Shown one piece after another: positions 13,576 through 26,685 of a stretch of 64,000 nucleotides of DNA (positions within the stretch are counted from its first letter, which is position 1; the number at the start of each line of letters is the position of its first letter). Under the pieces are notes generated by a model. That model did not search any database. It was not told the DNA's origin and worked only from the letters and a program-made list of their open reading frames with translations. Source of the stretch: Psammoneis japonica. Its lineage: Eukaryota. The stretch lies in contig QPGO01000069.1 in the NCBI GenBank assembly GCA_008632985.1, forward strand, positions 372,001 through 436,000, given 5' to 3'. The position numbers and the translations under genes are program-made.

Positions 13576-14165
13576 GAGCAACGTTATGTGAGCGACCAGA
13601 ACAATACTGCCACTTGCCATCAATTTTTGTCAGGCTCATTGTTTAAGCCAAGAAGGACGACCGTGAAGAACACTTTTATTTTTTGATTCGCTCTTACATA
13701 TCCGCTTTCACATCTACTCTCTACTTGGTGGGGAGTTGGGCCGAAAATTGGTGCCGGCGAGGTTGACTCTTTTTCCAGCAAGGACTGGGAGTCTGTACGG
13801 GCGATGTATCACGGAAATTTGTGGACGTGAGGGCCGATTTTCGTTTGGGTGTGATGGGAGAGCAAATCGAAGGCTACCGTTTGGCCAAGATGGCAGGTAA
13901 GAGTGACTTTGTGCATTGGGATATGGAGATAACGCGGAATCTTGGTCCTAGGCCAATGTGACAAAATAATTTGAGCAAGGTAGCGTGGTGCTACCTTGAG
14001 CCAGTTACAGCTTACAGCAGTAGAGAATCTCACACCAACGTCACACATGTGCTACTAGCGTTTATGTAGTGCTAATCCTAGCAACCCCTGAAGCAGCCAG
14101 TTTGGTGCATGCCATTCCAGCTTTCAAACCCGTTCCCGCGATGCCGTGGACGGTATCCTGGATGG

Positions 14166-16128
14166 TTATAGTGAGTCATGTACCCTTTCCATGCTCTCAA
14201 AATCTATCATTGCGATGTAGCTTGAGCTGCCCCCAGTAGTGCCTCCAAGGCGCACAAAATTGGACCCTCTCACATCCACCTGACACCATCCGAGGTCACG
14301 AATCTTTTGGATGGTCTCTTCGGCCTGCTGTAGATCCACATCAGCCAATTCTGACATGTCATCGGGTAGAGTTTCACCAAGTTCAAGCCCGATCATTGAC
14401 GATGTCGGCCAAGGCTTGTGGAAAAGAAGTTCAGGTACGTGTTTTCCCCAGAGATCGCGCAACGACCAGAGCACTTCAAGTTCGTGTTCATAGACTTCTC
14501 GAAGGCTTCTCTTATCATCAAAATGCAGGATGAATGTCTTCAGGGCCACGTGACGAGATTGCCAAAGTACCTTTGTGACCTCAGAGCTTCGACCACGCCC
14601 TAACGTTTCCAAGCTGTCGCCTATCTGGTCGAACCAGGGAATGGACATATCAAATTTGTCGTATTCAAAGCAGATATCAACTTTTTCATGACTGTCTTCA
14701 AAGTCAAACGAGACCACTGTGCACTCCCCTATACTAGTTTGATCAAACAACTCCCCTCGGGAGGTTCCTCCCAACAGACGTGGCCGCTTCGTTCTTTCTG
14801 GGCCATTTTACCAGAGTTTCGCCTGACATCAGTACTAGTCCCCGACACAGGCTTCATTCGTCGCTCTTCCGTTGATTGGTTACGACAATGGCTCTTTCCC
14901 AGCGTCGTCTCGAACCTATATTCATGCTGGGGCAATTCCGAGCGGACAAGAGGAATTCTATGACGGTTTCCGGGAACTTGCGGCAACCTGCCTTCCATGC
15001 GGTGCTAACGTCTACCGTACAATCATTGTTGTCGAGCCGAATGAACCACCACATTCTAGCGGACTGAACGATTGTCATCACTCGTCCTTTCTCCAGGCTG
15101 TAGATGCATGCCTGCATGACAGCTGCCCGCAAATTCACAGCATCCAGCGGTTCAATTTCATTAGAATCGAATAGACTGTGAACCTTTCTTACGTCAGCAG
15201 CAATTAGTTTGTGATTGCGGAGAATGGCATTTGTTCTCGCCGAAGGTTGCACTGACGTATAAGCTTTCTCACTCGGCTTGGTAGTCCCAACTTCAAATAA
15301 TAGGTTTGCAGCGCACCTCGTACAGCATTGTTTTCCTCTGCTTGCGTTTGCAATTTCGGTTTTACGTTCGATTTCCCTGCCATTTCTGCCTCCGTTTGCA
15401 ATTTGGAGGTGGCGGCGCCTTCCTTTGAATTCTCGCCAGCTTCGCTGCAAATCCGAACGTACAAAGGTGGTGCCCGTCGGTTTTGAGAAATCGAGGCAGG
15501 CAAGCAGATTCTTTGCCTTCTGAAAAAAGAAAACTCTCGTTCGTCGACAAAGTTTGAAAGGACACGTCATCATCAGAGCCATTCTTAACATTCGTGGCGA
15601 AATAGAGTGAATAATTGTGAGTTCTTGTACTTCTCCCGTTCGCTCCCCATTTCCGCATCCGATGACATGAAAAGCACTCGCTTCAGTAGCTCTCCCCAAT
15701 TTCGGAATCCTTCCGGTAACTCGCCAGGCGCATCAATGTCCACTTGCTCCGTTGTGTCTTCAAAATCGTTCCACTTCTTGAAAGTGACGTTGAAGCTGTA
15801 AAAGTCATCAAGAACTCTCCTCGCAGTCTTCGAGACGTTCCCGGACAGACGCCCTTCATTCTGCACAGCACGATGGGAAGAGGGTTTTAACCCTTGATAA
15901 CAAAGAAAGGAGAGTCTCTAGAACGTCTTTCTTTGTAAAGGTAGTATCGTTGCGTGCAAATCGCACGTCCTCGCCGATTGAAACACCGTGGGTCAGCAAA
16001 TGCGCACGCACATCGTCGGAGGAGAAATTCAGCAGCAATCCTTGGATTGTCCGGAGAAGCGTCACCGAATCATCTAACAGTCGCTCAAGATCGACTTCCA
16101 GAGTAACGTCTGTCGGTATTCCTGGCAT
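14166..16128 (-). pseudogene. Disrupted gene: restriction-endonuclease-like region plus atypical kinase (Crinkler-associated/fungal-type REase-kinase architecture)
   Basis: C-terminal kinase-like motifs LGRGRSSEV..VALK..YEHELEVL..LWGKHVPEL..DVRGSNFV..IDFE (14166-14774). Upstream IAADVRK..AVMQACIY..WWFIRL resembles a PD-(D/E)XK Q-x-x-x-Y helix. The coding region is broken into at least 4 ORFs by stops and frameshifts. Confidence 0.55.
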
Positions 16129-16499
16129 GGTTCCGTACAGTCGCCGCCGATTGTGTTTATCTTGCTTGTAAATGTTTGTAGGGTGGAAGATGATAATAAT
16201 GGTGGAGTGCGGTGTGCGGCGGGTTGGTGTCAGGTGGTAAAATGCACTCAGGCAGCATAGCAGCCGCCAACTTTGTCTTTCCCGATCTCCACATACGGAG
16301 TAGTCAATTAGGACCGACGCGGCCTATCCATACAACAACAACGCCATGGTCAACAGTCAACAGAGGCGAACGCGATCCCGATCGTACAAAATGCCCCTGT
16401 AAGCGCAGGAGCTTGTGCTGCAACAAAACGAGCGCTGGTCCGTCCGTCCGTCCGGGGGCGCAGCGGACGAATTCGCGGAACGAATCATCATCGAAGCGA

Positions 16500-19400
16500 A
16501 ACACCTGATGACAGAATAATTATTGCAGACTGTCAATTGTCAAGAGAAAGGCTCGAAAGATGGTCGGTGTCCAATCCCTCTTCGTTCGCATTGTCTTTCT
16601 TCTTTTTGGCAAGATCGGACGTCACCACACACCAGTCTCAGTGTGGGGGGGAGACTGCATTTGGAAATGCCGCCCTGGAAATTGCTTGAAATGGTGGGGA
16701 AATTTCCAAGCCAGTCATCCTGTTGCTTGCATTTTGACTGCATTGAATCTGCAATCGTTCCTAGACATCATGAACATGTGGCATCATTTCCATGTCAATT
16801 TCAGTTTCTGATGGTGGGGTGCTTGCATCATTTTTGTGGCGCTCCTCAGAAATGGGGCGAACCTCTGTGCCGTCTCCCCTCATGCCCTGCGGCTTCACCA
16901 TCAGTCACTGCTCCTGATGGCAAGCTTGTTTTGTTGCTTTCCAGAATAAGTGGGTACCCTCACTGGTGTCTTTTGGGTCCATGGAAATCTTCAAACTTTC
17001 TTCTGCACTGTCAGGTGTGAGAGCTTTGCAAGCATTGTCCAGGCAATTGGTTTCTTTGCCTGGTGTTGCCGGAGAGCAGTGGGCAACACAAGGGGATCCT
17101 TTGTCAACCCAGACACAAAGCAAATGTGGGTTCACTGGAGAAAAGGTTGCTTCATCACAGCATGGGATGAGAAGCTTGTCTTTTCCCAGGACCATGGTGA
17201 GATCCCAAAATGACTTGGGAATGGGGAGGCAGGCAGCTCTTCAGATGGTCGTTTGGTGTGCACAACACTCAAAATTTAACAGATGCAACAGAGTGGCGGG
17301 AAGCATCACAAAGAAAACAACAATCAAGTTGATCATTGGTCAGACCATGTTCTTGTCACTTGGACATTCTTTTAAGGTGGCAAGTGGAAAGAGAAAAGCC
17401 AAGGGACTGAATCTTGAAAAGTTGTCCCAAGACATCTCTGACAGTCCAACAAAGGAAGCTGGACAAGCTCAAATGTGCCAGCAGCAAGAACAGAGAGATC
17501 AACTTGGCATCCGCAGCAAAGTTGCAGCCCCAAACAAGAAGTTGTCATCAGCTCAACAGGGCCAAGGTGCAATTTGCTGGCCCACAGATTTTGTGTTGGG
17601 TTGCAGCACACACACACACCCTCTGCAGGAAAAAAGAGACTGTGGTGAGAGTGAGCCAGACAAAATGGCAGCACTGCATCTCAGAGAAGAGCAGACCTTC
17701 AAAGCTGTTGCACTCTAACCTCATGTTTGCCGGGCACACAGGATCCTTTTATGAGAATCCACTGGCAAAAGGTTCTTTGAGCACCTGTTGCAGCTTCAGT
17801 TCACCTGCTTCTGCACCCACTGCAACAACCACTCTGCCAAAATCAATTGCGGCATTTCCAATCATGGCACCATAAATTTTGTGAAATGCATGGCCTTTCC
17901 TCCATTCATCTCTGTCTTGAGACAAAAGCTTGCTGCTGACTGCACATGACAATGCGTTCATGACAATGCGTTGAATGTGACAAAAACCTCCACACCATTT
18001 GAAGCAAGATGCTTCTTTCAAATGTCACAGCGGGAATTTCTGCCTGCTCCAACATTTGAGCAGTTCCCGTTGAACCATCAAAATTCCTGTGTGCCACAAT
18101 TCTGAAAGGTTGTGCAGCTGGGGAACCCTGCCACACTTTTGGCCTTTTGTCAATCATGTGGCCCTCACTCAGTTGCTCAAACTTGGCCATTCAAGTGGCG
18201 CCACAAGCAACAGGTGCTCGTCATCAGGCTCTGTTGGAGGATCACTGTCAGCAAAAAAGCTGAACAAAAATCCATGGAACTCACCAAATGGCAAACAAGC
18301 ACGCACTCCCAATCCGTGGCTGCCAGTCACAAATGTGGAACCACCTGTGGCAACATGGTCAAGACAGCTTGTGCATGCCTTTGTGTGAGTTGCCATTCTT
18401 CTTGGCACTGCTTCTTGTTGGGGGGGTCATCGAGTCAACAATGGTTTGATCAAAAAAAAGATCTCCACCTGTGCAATGGATGCAAATGTCAGAACAATGT
18501 TGCATCAAAGGTGCAATGCATTGTTTCCTGCACATGCCTGCAAGTTAAAAAGGATGACTGAAATTTCATTTCTCTGAGCCAATTGCTGGAACTTGTCAGG
18601 TGAGCATCTTCGGGGGACACTTTCAAAGTCAAACTTGACCCAACAAGAGCAGCACCACCAACATCAAAGTGGGCAACAAGAAACACCACTTTCTGAGAGC
18701 AGCAAATCTCTTTGCCAAATCTCAAGGGAGCTGTCCCCCAGCTGCTCAAGTGCTGCTGGACAGAGAGCTGTTCAAGTGGAGTTGCCAAGGAGCCAGCAAA
18801 GCTGTGCATGCAGAAGCAATGGCAACTCCAATTGCTGGAAAACATGTCAAGTGAGAGGACAAGAGATTGGATGCCACATTGAAGGCCACAGGATGTGTGC
18901 ACTCTAGCATCCATGCCCACTCTTTGGAAGACTTTGGTTCACTCACGGTGTCCAAATGTCCCTTGACTGCTTTGGGGGTGAGTCAGAGCACGATCCATTT
19001 TCAAGTTTGATGGGGCCATGCCCATGTCAAATTGTGGGGATTGAAAGACATTTGGGAGCAGTTGCACTCTGCCAGCTGCAATGCTGGCACTGTTGACATG
19101 GGTCTGCTTGCAAGACAATGCTGGCACAGCTTGGGTTTGGGAATGAGGCTTGTTTGCATCCACCAGCAAAGCCACCCCAGCCAGTCCACTGCTGGAGAAT
19201 TTGGTGTCTCCAGTGCTCCTGCTAGAGAGAGAGAGAGATGCAGGAGAAGGAATGAGAAGGATGGCAGCAGCAGCCCACCTGGCACAATTCAACAAGTCGA
19301 AATGACCATCCTTCCAACCATTGGTGGGGTCATTTCCACCTCACAAAACAACCTGAACAGGCTGGCACCAGCACAAGAGCAACACAGTCGCTGCTCTGGT

Positions 19401-19630
19401 TTTTCTTGTTTTTTTTTTTATTCTCTCTAGGAGCAACAGCCGCAGCAGATGGTGTTTAACATTCCCACCTGTCCCGCCCTCTGGCTCTGCCATTACAGCT
19501 TGGGTTTGGGATGGCGCTTGTTTGCATCCACCAGTAAAGCATCCCAGCACATTGCTGAAAAATTTGGTGTCTCTGGTGCACCTCTCTAGCTTGTTAGAGA
19601 GCAGTTGTGAAAAGCGGAGATGTAGCATCT
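16500..19630. mobile_element. TpA/CpG-depleted degenerate relic of unidentified family (possibly a P-loop/RHS-like gene on the minus strand)
   Basis: Abrupt loss of TA, excess of CA/TG and nearly Tyr-free ORFs. Weak P-loop-like FVTGSHGLGV at ~18300-18335 (-). Internal ~100-bp duplication at 19125-19225 / 19494-19590. Confidence 0.45.
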
Positions 19631-19900
19631 AGCAGCACTACTACACGCATCGAAGGAATGGCAAGGGTATCTTGCATTCACGCTAATTTCTACTCTAGAA
19701 CAGGAATATGATTAGGCTCAAAGACATCTTGATAGGACTGGTCTGACCCGAGTCTGCGGAGACTCATGTGGAGGGGGATCATAACGATCGAGCTCTGCTG
19801 TTGGCTTCATTGCACTTTCGGGGCTGCCACATTCGTTCTTGTTTTCCTTTCCATGTCCACATGCGAAGTCCTCAGCTTTCTCTCAAGACTACATTCTCGG

Positions 19901-22900
19901 TTACAGCGTAACTACATTAGAAGACGTGGTTGGAGACGTTGGGTTTGCGGTAGACGTCTCGGTGAGACTTGCACTTTGCTGCGTTGTTGGTTGAACGGTC
20001 GGTGAGCTAGTTGGTGCCAATGCAAAGGTCGCTGAGTAACAGTAACTCTTTCCACTCGCTCCTAGTCCAATGCAGCCAGGTACCTAGAAGCACGCAAAAG
20101 CAAGAGCGTCAGAGATACCATATGCAGACCAACATCGTTGACTTCACACGCACTTACTGGTTCAAGTTCTTGCCTTGCCATACACTTCAGCCCTGGCATA
20201 CAATTTGTGTCGTTGCAGGCGCCTTCGCACATGTCTAACAGCGTCGTCGGATTCTTGCCTTTCCACACCAACCGCTTTGCGATAGGTTCGGCAGGCGAGG
20301 ATTTATCGGCCCCGGTGGACGTAAGCGTTGGCGTCGTGGTTGGTTGAACGGTGGTTGAGCTAGCTGGTGACACCCCAAAGGTCTCAGAGTAGCAGTAACT
20401 CTTTCCACTCGCTCCTAGTCCAATGCAGCCGGGTACCTAGAGTATTCAAAGGAAAAAGAGTCAGAGATACCAAATGCAGACCAACATGATGAGTTAAAAT
20501 GCACTTACTGGTTCAAATTCTTGCCTTGCCATACACTTCAGCCCTGGCATACAGTTTGTCTCGTTGCAGGCGCCTTCGCACATGTCTAACAGTGTCGTCG
20601 GGTTTTTGCCTTTCCACACCAACCGCTTTGTGATAGGTTCGGCAGGCGAGGAGGCATCGACACCGGTGGGTGTAAGCGATGGTGTCGTGGTTGGTTGAAT
20701 GGTGGGTGAGCTAGTTGGTGGCACTCCAAAGGTCTCAGAGTAGCAGTAACTCTTTCCACTCGCTCCTAGTCCAATGCAGCCGGGTACCTAGAGTAATTTA
20801 AAAGCAAAAGTGTCAGAGACACCAAATGCAAACCAACCTCGATGACTTCAATGCACTTACTGGTTCAAAATCTTGCCTTGCCATGCACTTAAGCCCCGGC
20901 ATACAGTTCGTCTCATCGCAGGCCCCTTCGCACATGTCCAACAGTGTAGTTGGATTTTTGCCTTTCCACACCAACCGCTTTTTCATAGGTTCGGCAGGCG
21001 AGGAGTTATCGGCCCCGGTGGGTGTAAGCGTTGGCGTCGTGGTTGGTTGAACGGTGGTTGAGCTAGCTGGTGACACCCCAAAGGTCTCAGAGTAGCAGTA
21101 ACTCTTTCCACTCGCTCCTAGTCCAAGGCAACCGGGTACCTAGAGAATTCAAAAGCAATAGCGTCAGAGATACCAAATGCAGACCAACATAGATGACTTC
21201 AAAAGCACTTACTGGTTCAAATTCTTTCCTTGCCATGCACTTAAGCCCCGGCATACAGTTCGTCTCGTCGCAGGCCCCTTCGCACATGTCCAACAGTGTA
21301 ATTGGATTTTTGCCCTTCCACACCAACCGCTTTGTGATAGGTTCGGCTGGCGAGGAGGCATCGACACCGGTGGGTGTAAGCGTTGGTGTAGTTGTCGGTT
21401 GAACAGTGGGTGAGCTAGTAAGTGACATTCCAAAGCTTTCAGAGTAGCAGTAACTCTTTCCGCTCGCTCCTAATCCAATGCAGCCGGGTACCTAAAGGTA
21501 TTCAATAGCAATAGCGTATGAGTTACAATGCATATTCAGACAAACATAAATGACTTAGGGTTTCAATGCACTTACTGCTTCAAATTCTTGCCTTGTCATG
21601 CACGAAAGCCCCGGCATACAGTTTGTCGCATTGCACGCCCCTTCGCACATGAACAACAGTGTCGTCGGATTTTCGCCTTTCCACACCAACTGCTTTTTGA
21701 TCGGCTCAGCAAAGGCGGGGTTTGGATTGTAACAGTAGTTCCTGTTCTTCTTTCCGCGTCCCGTGCAGCCAGGTACCTAGTAGAGGTAAGCAAAAGCAAC
21801 AACGTCAGAGAAGCCTCGGCGAGAGCACCACATAGGACTTCTGACTTACTCTTTTGTTTCCTTTACGAACGAAGCACTTCAGTCCAAACCTTCTGTTGCA
21901 ATCCGAGTCTCTCCTACAATGACCTTCACATTCACCGAGGGCGTTTCGTTTATGAGGCGGAAGCGCAACAATGACCAGTTTCTTCGATGGTGCAGTTGTC
22001 GTCAAAGCTGTTGGAGCCGCAGTTGAAGTGAAAGCACTGTCTGGACGGTAACAGTAGTTCCGGTCCTTCTTTCCCTCTCCTATACAGTTGGGGACTGAAG
22101 TGAAGCCACGTCGAGTGAAGCATTTCAGCCCGTCTAGGCAGTCGTCGTCCTTTCGGCAGTGACCAGCGCATTCACCGAGAGTGTTTGGTTTATGAGGTGG
22201 AAACGCATCAATGACCAGCTCCTTCGTTGAATTCAGATCATTGTCAGGACGGTAACAGTAGTTCCGGTCCTTCTTCCCCATCCCTATACAGTTGGGAACT
22301 TGAGTGAAGCCACGGCGCGTGAAGCACTCCAGCCCCTCTAAGCAGTCGTCGTCCGTTCGGCAGTGACCAGCGCATTCACCGAGCGTGTTGGGTTTGTGAG
22401 GTGGAAACGCATCAATGAGTAGCTCCTTCGCTGATGCCGTTGTTTCTAATGTTGGTGATAGTGTCGGAGGTGACAAAGTAGGCACCGCAGTTGAATTCAC
22501 AGCACTATCTGGACGGTAACAGTAGTTCCGGTCTTTCCTTCCCTTTCCTATACAGTTGGGAACTTGAGTGAAGCCACGGCGAGAGAAGCATTCCAGCCCG
22601 TCTAGGCAGTCGTCGTCCCTTCGGCAGTGACCTACGCATTCACCGAGCGTGTTTGGTTTATGAGGAGGAAACGCATCAATGACCAGCATCTTCGCTGGTG
22701 CTGTTGATTCTAATGTTGGGGATAACGTCGGAGGTGGGAAAGTAGGCGCCAAAGTTGAATTCACAGCACTGTCTGGACGGTAACAGTAGTTCCGGTCCTT
22801 CTTTCCCGTTCCTATACAGTTGGGAACTTGAGTGAAGCCACGGCGAGTGAAGCATTCCAACCCGTCTAGGCAGTCGTCATCCTTTCGGCAGTGACCAGCG

Positions 22901-25900
22901 CATTCACCAAGCGTGTTTGGTTTATGAGGTGGAAACGCATCAATGACAAGCTCCTTGGCTAAATTCACATCACTGTCAGGACGGTAACAGTAGTTCCGGT
23001 CCTTCTTTCCCATCCCTATACAGTTGGGAACTTCAGTGAAGCCACGGCGAGTGAAGCACTGCAGCCCCTCTAGGCAGTCGTCGTCCGTTCGGCAGTGACC
23101 AGCGCATTCACCGAGCGTATTTGGTTTATGAGGTGGAAAGGCATCAATGACTAGCTCCTTCGCTGATGAAGCTGTTTCGAATGTTGGCGATAGTGTCGGG
23201 GGTGACAAAGTAGGCGCCGCAGTTGAATTCACAGCACTATCTGGACGGAAACAGTAGTTACGGTCCTTCTTTCCCTTTCCTATACAGTTGGGAACTTGAG
23301 TGAAGCCACGGCGAGAGAAGCACTTCAGCTCATCTATGCAGTCGTCGTCCTTTCGGCAGTGACCGGCGCATTCACCGAGCGTGTTTGGTTTATGAGGTGG
23401 AAACGCATCGATGACCAGCTTCTTCGATGGTGCCGTTGTTTCAAATGTTGGGGATAGCGTCGCAGGAGACGAAGTAGGCGCCGAAGTTGAATTCACAGCA
23501 CTATCTGGACGGTAACAGTAGTTCCGGTCCTTCTTTCCCTTTCCAATACAGTTGGGAACTTGAGTGAAGCCACGGCGAGAGAAGCACTTCAGCCCATCTA
23601 TGCAGTCGTCGTCCTTTCGGCAGTGACCGGCGCATTCACCGAGCGTGTTTGGTTTATGAGGTGGAAACGCATCGATGACCAGCTTCTTCGATGGTGCCGT
23701 TGTTTCAAATGTTGGGGATAGCGTCGCAGGAGACGAAGTAGGCGCCGAAGTTGAATTCACATCACTATCTGGACGGTAACAGTAGTTCCGGTCCTTCTTT
23801 CCCTTTCCAATACAGTTGGGAACTAGAGTGAAGCCACGGCGAGAGAAGCACTTGAGCCCGTCTAGGCAGTCGTCGTCCTTTCGGCAATGACCAGCGCATT
23901 CACGGAGCGTGTTTGGTTTATGAGGTGGGAACGCATCAATGATCAGCTTCTTCGATGCTGTTGCTGTCGCCAATGATGTTGGTGGCAGTGTCGAAAGTAA
24001 CGTCGGTACGGAAGTCGATGACGGAGTCGGCGCAGCAGTTGCATTCATTGCATTGTTGGGACGGTAACAGTAGTTCCGGTTCTTCTTTCCCTTTCCTTTG
24101 CATTCAGGAACAGATTTGAATCCTTGACGCTGAAAGCACTTCAATCCCATTCTGCTATTGCAATCTGAGTCACTCTTACAATGACCTTGACATTCACCGA
24201 GCGCGTTTGGTTTATGCGGCGGAAGCGCCACAATAACCAGCTCCTTCGATGGAGCAGTAGTTTGTTGAGATGTTGGAGAGTCGGTCGGGATAGGCATGTC
24301 GGGATCATTCCTGCGTGTGGGTGACAAGGAGGGAGCGACGTACGATGATGGCAATGGCGTGGATGGATCATAACAATATTCCTGACCAGAGACACGGAAG
24401 CCAGAACAGCCAGGCACATCAGTGTCGTCGTCAAGACAGAGCAAACCCTCCGCACAATCACGGTCTTTATCACAACTGATTGAAACATGTGAGCAACAAT
24501 TGCAATTCCAATTCCCACAAGTAGGAAACGTCTTGGGAATTACTTACTCTCCTTCGCACAGGCCAAGAAGGCCCTGAGGTTTTCTTACAAGCTTATATTG
24601 AGGCCCTTTCGTCTCGGGTGGGGGGTCCCATGTCATTTCGTAGATGGGGTTGCATGCGCCTTCGGGAGAGTAATACCCACCCCTTTGGTCAACTTTGAAC
24701 AAGTACCTGTTGTCCTTGGGGTCCTTATTCTTTAAAACAGAAACAAGCACTGGCGGTGCATACCCTCCATCCTCGAGCTCTAATTCGTAGACATTGTCGT
24801 TTCGCGGATCCATGTTGCGTATGCAATAATCGTGCCTTTGAAAAAGAAACAGAGTCAAAGACAATACACAGAACAAGTGAGGAAATTGTCACCACACGAC
24901 GCAGTATCAGACGAACAAGTAACAGCGCATACCAGTCACCGTGAATATACATTACGGGAAGATCGGCGAACTCGTCCCGTAGAAGCTGCATGAACGGTTC
25001 GCCAAAATATTCAAGTCTCCCTTTAACAGGAACATGTACCGCAGCATGACCAAAAACAACAGCCGCCTTCATCCCGTGCTTCTTGTGAGCGCGTAGCTTT
25101 GTTTGTACCCATTTATAGTTCTGGGACAATCGTAATTTGGGGTCGTCGAATCGGTCAGCAACAAAGCTTTTTCCGCCGACAATGTTCAGCCCGACAAAGA
25201 GCTTTGAATGGCAGAAGAAAAGAAGGAACGGTGTGAGAAGCAAGAGGAAACTCACATAGCAGCAACCACCATATCACAACGCACCACCCCGTCTTTGAAG
25301 AAAGCAAAGTTCTCACTCCTGGGTTCACCTGTTTTTCGAAAAGCGTTTGTTTGCCTCGTCACTCGTATATTCTTCTTTGGGGAAAAGCTGCCAAACCCAT
25401 ACTTGTTGTCCATCCCAAAGTTTTCAGTCCAGAGTTTCCATCCATTGTTTGGATCCTTACAGTTCGTCCACTCATTGTCACCCACAAGAAAGAACATATC
25501 TCGCGGATCATAGTTTAACGCGTTGCTCTCATGAGAGTACAGCTGCGCAATATCACTGTACGCTGAAGCATTACACTGAAGATTCACACGAAAGAAAAAG
25601 GACAATGAGAAACTGACAACATGCATCTGGCGATGTGCAGTGCAGGGACAGAACACTGGAACTTGCCGGCCAGAACCCCTTCTTAATGTCCCCCACGTGG
25701 ACTCCAAACAACGCCGCCCCATCCGTCATATTGAGGCGGCGTAGCTGGTCATTCAGACAGTATTTCTGTTCGACAGTGTACGGAGTGTCACCCATGGCAT
25801 AAAAGCTCACAACAGTTTCAACTTCTGCCGACGGATCGAAGGTTGGTAATTCTTTGCATCCTTCTAAACGTCGGCTCTCGCACTCGGTTGACTCCAACGA

Positions 25901-25981
25901 AAGACTCCGGACAAACACTCTGTTGGAGAACACGGCAAAGACTGCCACGACGGCAACGATAATAACGTGTGCGCGCATCAT
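19901..25981 (-). CDS. Secreted calcineurin-like metallophosphoesterase fused to ~16 frustulin-like Cys-rich repeats with S/T/P linkers; multi-exon
   Basis: Signal peptide MMRAHVIIVAVVAVFAVF. MPP motifs AMGDTPY, HVGDIK, VGDNEW, FGHA, IHGD. Repeats LGECxGHCxxDDDCxxGLxCFxRxGFxxVPxCxGxGxxxxNYCY (ORF 21805-24444), continued in intron-containing units to ~20040. Stop at 19901 inferred by manual splicing. Confidence 0.8.
20010..21790 (-). repeat. Five ~352-bp tandem units, each an exon (Cys repeat + linker) plus a GTAAGT..TAG intron
   Basis: Motif ctctttcc(a/g)ctcgctccta recurs at 20046, 20399, 20750, 21102 and 21454. On the minus strand each unit reads ...FEP|gtaagt...tag|VPGCIGLGASGKSYCY. Confidence 0.85.
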
Positions 25982-26685
25982 CGTTGTTGTTTCTGTTGCA
26001 ATGGGCGTCGTTTCTGCGACCAATCTGCCGCTTACCCATGCAAAACCTTACACCGAATGAGGAGTCAAGAGACGCTGTGTTGAATGACTCTTTCATTTTG
26101 CTTCGAATTGGTTAGAACCTCCCTGGCTGACGCTCTGAGGAGTAACACACAAACACGGCAAGTCGTCGAGGATTCGCTTCTCAAAAGACGCTTGTGCTGC
26201 CTTGTGCCGGTGCCAGCGTTTTGGGTTTGCAGCACAAAATGTCCACACATGTGTGTCATACTAAACAACTCAGTAGAATGAACCAAGCATCAGTCTAAAT
26301 GTCATTTAACGAAACCTCACACGGTCCTTATTTGATTTTGCGCAAAACGAATCGCGGATTGAGAAAGACGTTAAGTATTCACCCTCAAAAATACATATTA
26401 TATTCGTTATTATATGTAAATAAAACCATAAGTCATTTTGCTCAGAAAGACTTATTTTAAAATATAGGTTTATTCAGAGACCAGGGTTCACATATAATAC
26501 AGACTACACTGCTGAACCCAACAATGACCGATGGGAGTTTCTGAACGATGGGTTTGCCGCGACCTGCAACTCTCGCCACAAAACGCAACAAGCACGAAAA
26601 ACAGCCTGGCACGCACAACTTGGCGTTTTTGCATGCGACTTTGCTTTGCTGACGCCACTCGGAAACACCCACGCTTCATGCCGAC

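Noticed and set aside
20010..24250. Regularly spaced repeats resembling a CRISPR array
   Set aside because: The units are protein-coding Cys-rich domains with similar linkers and spliceosomal introns; there are no unique spacers or cas genes, and the context is eukaryotic.
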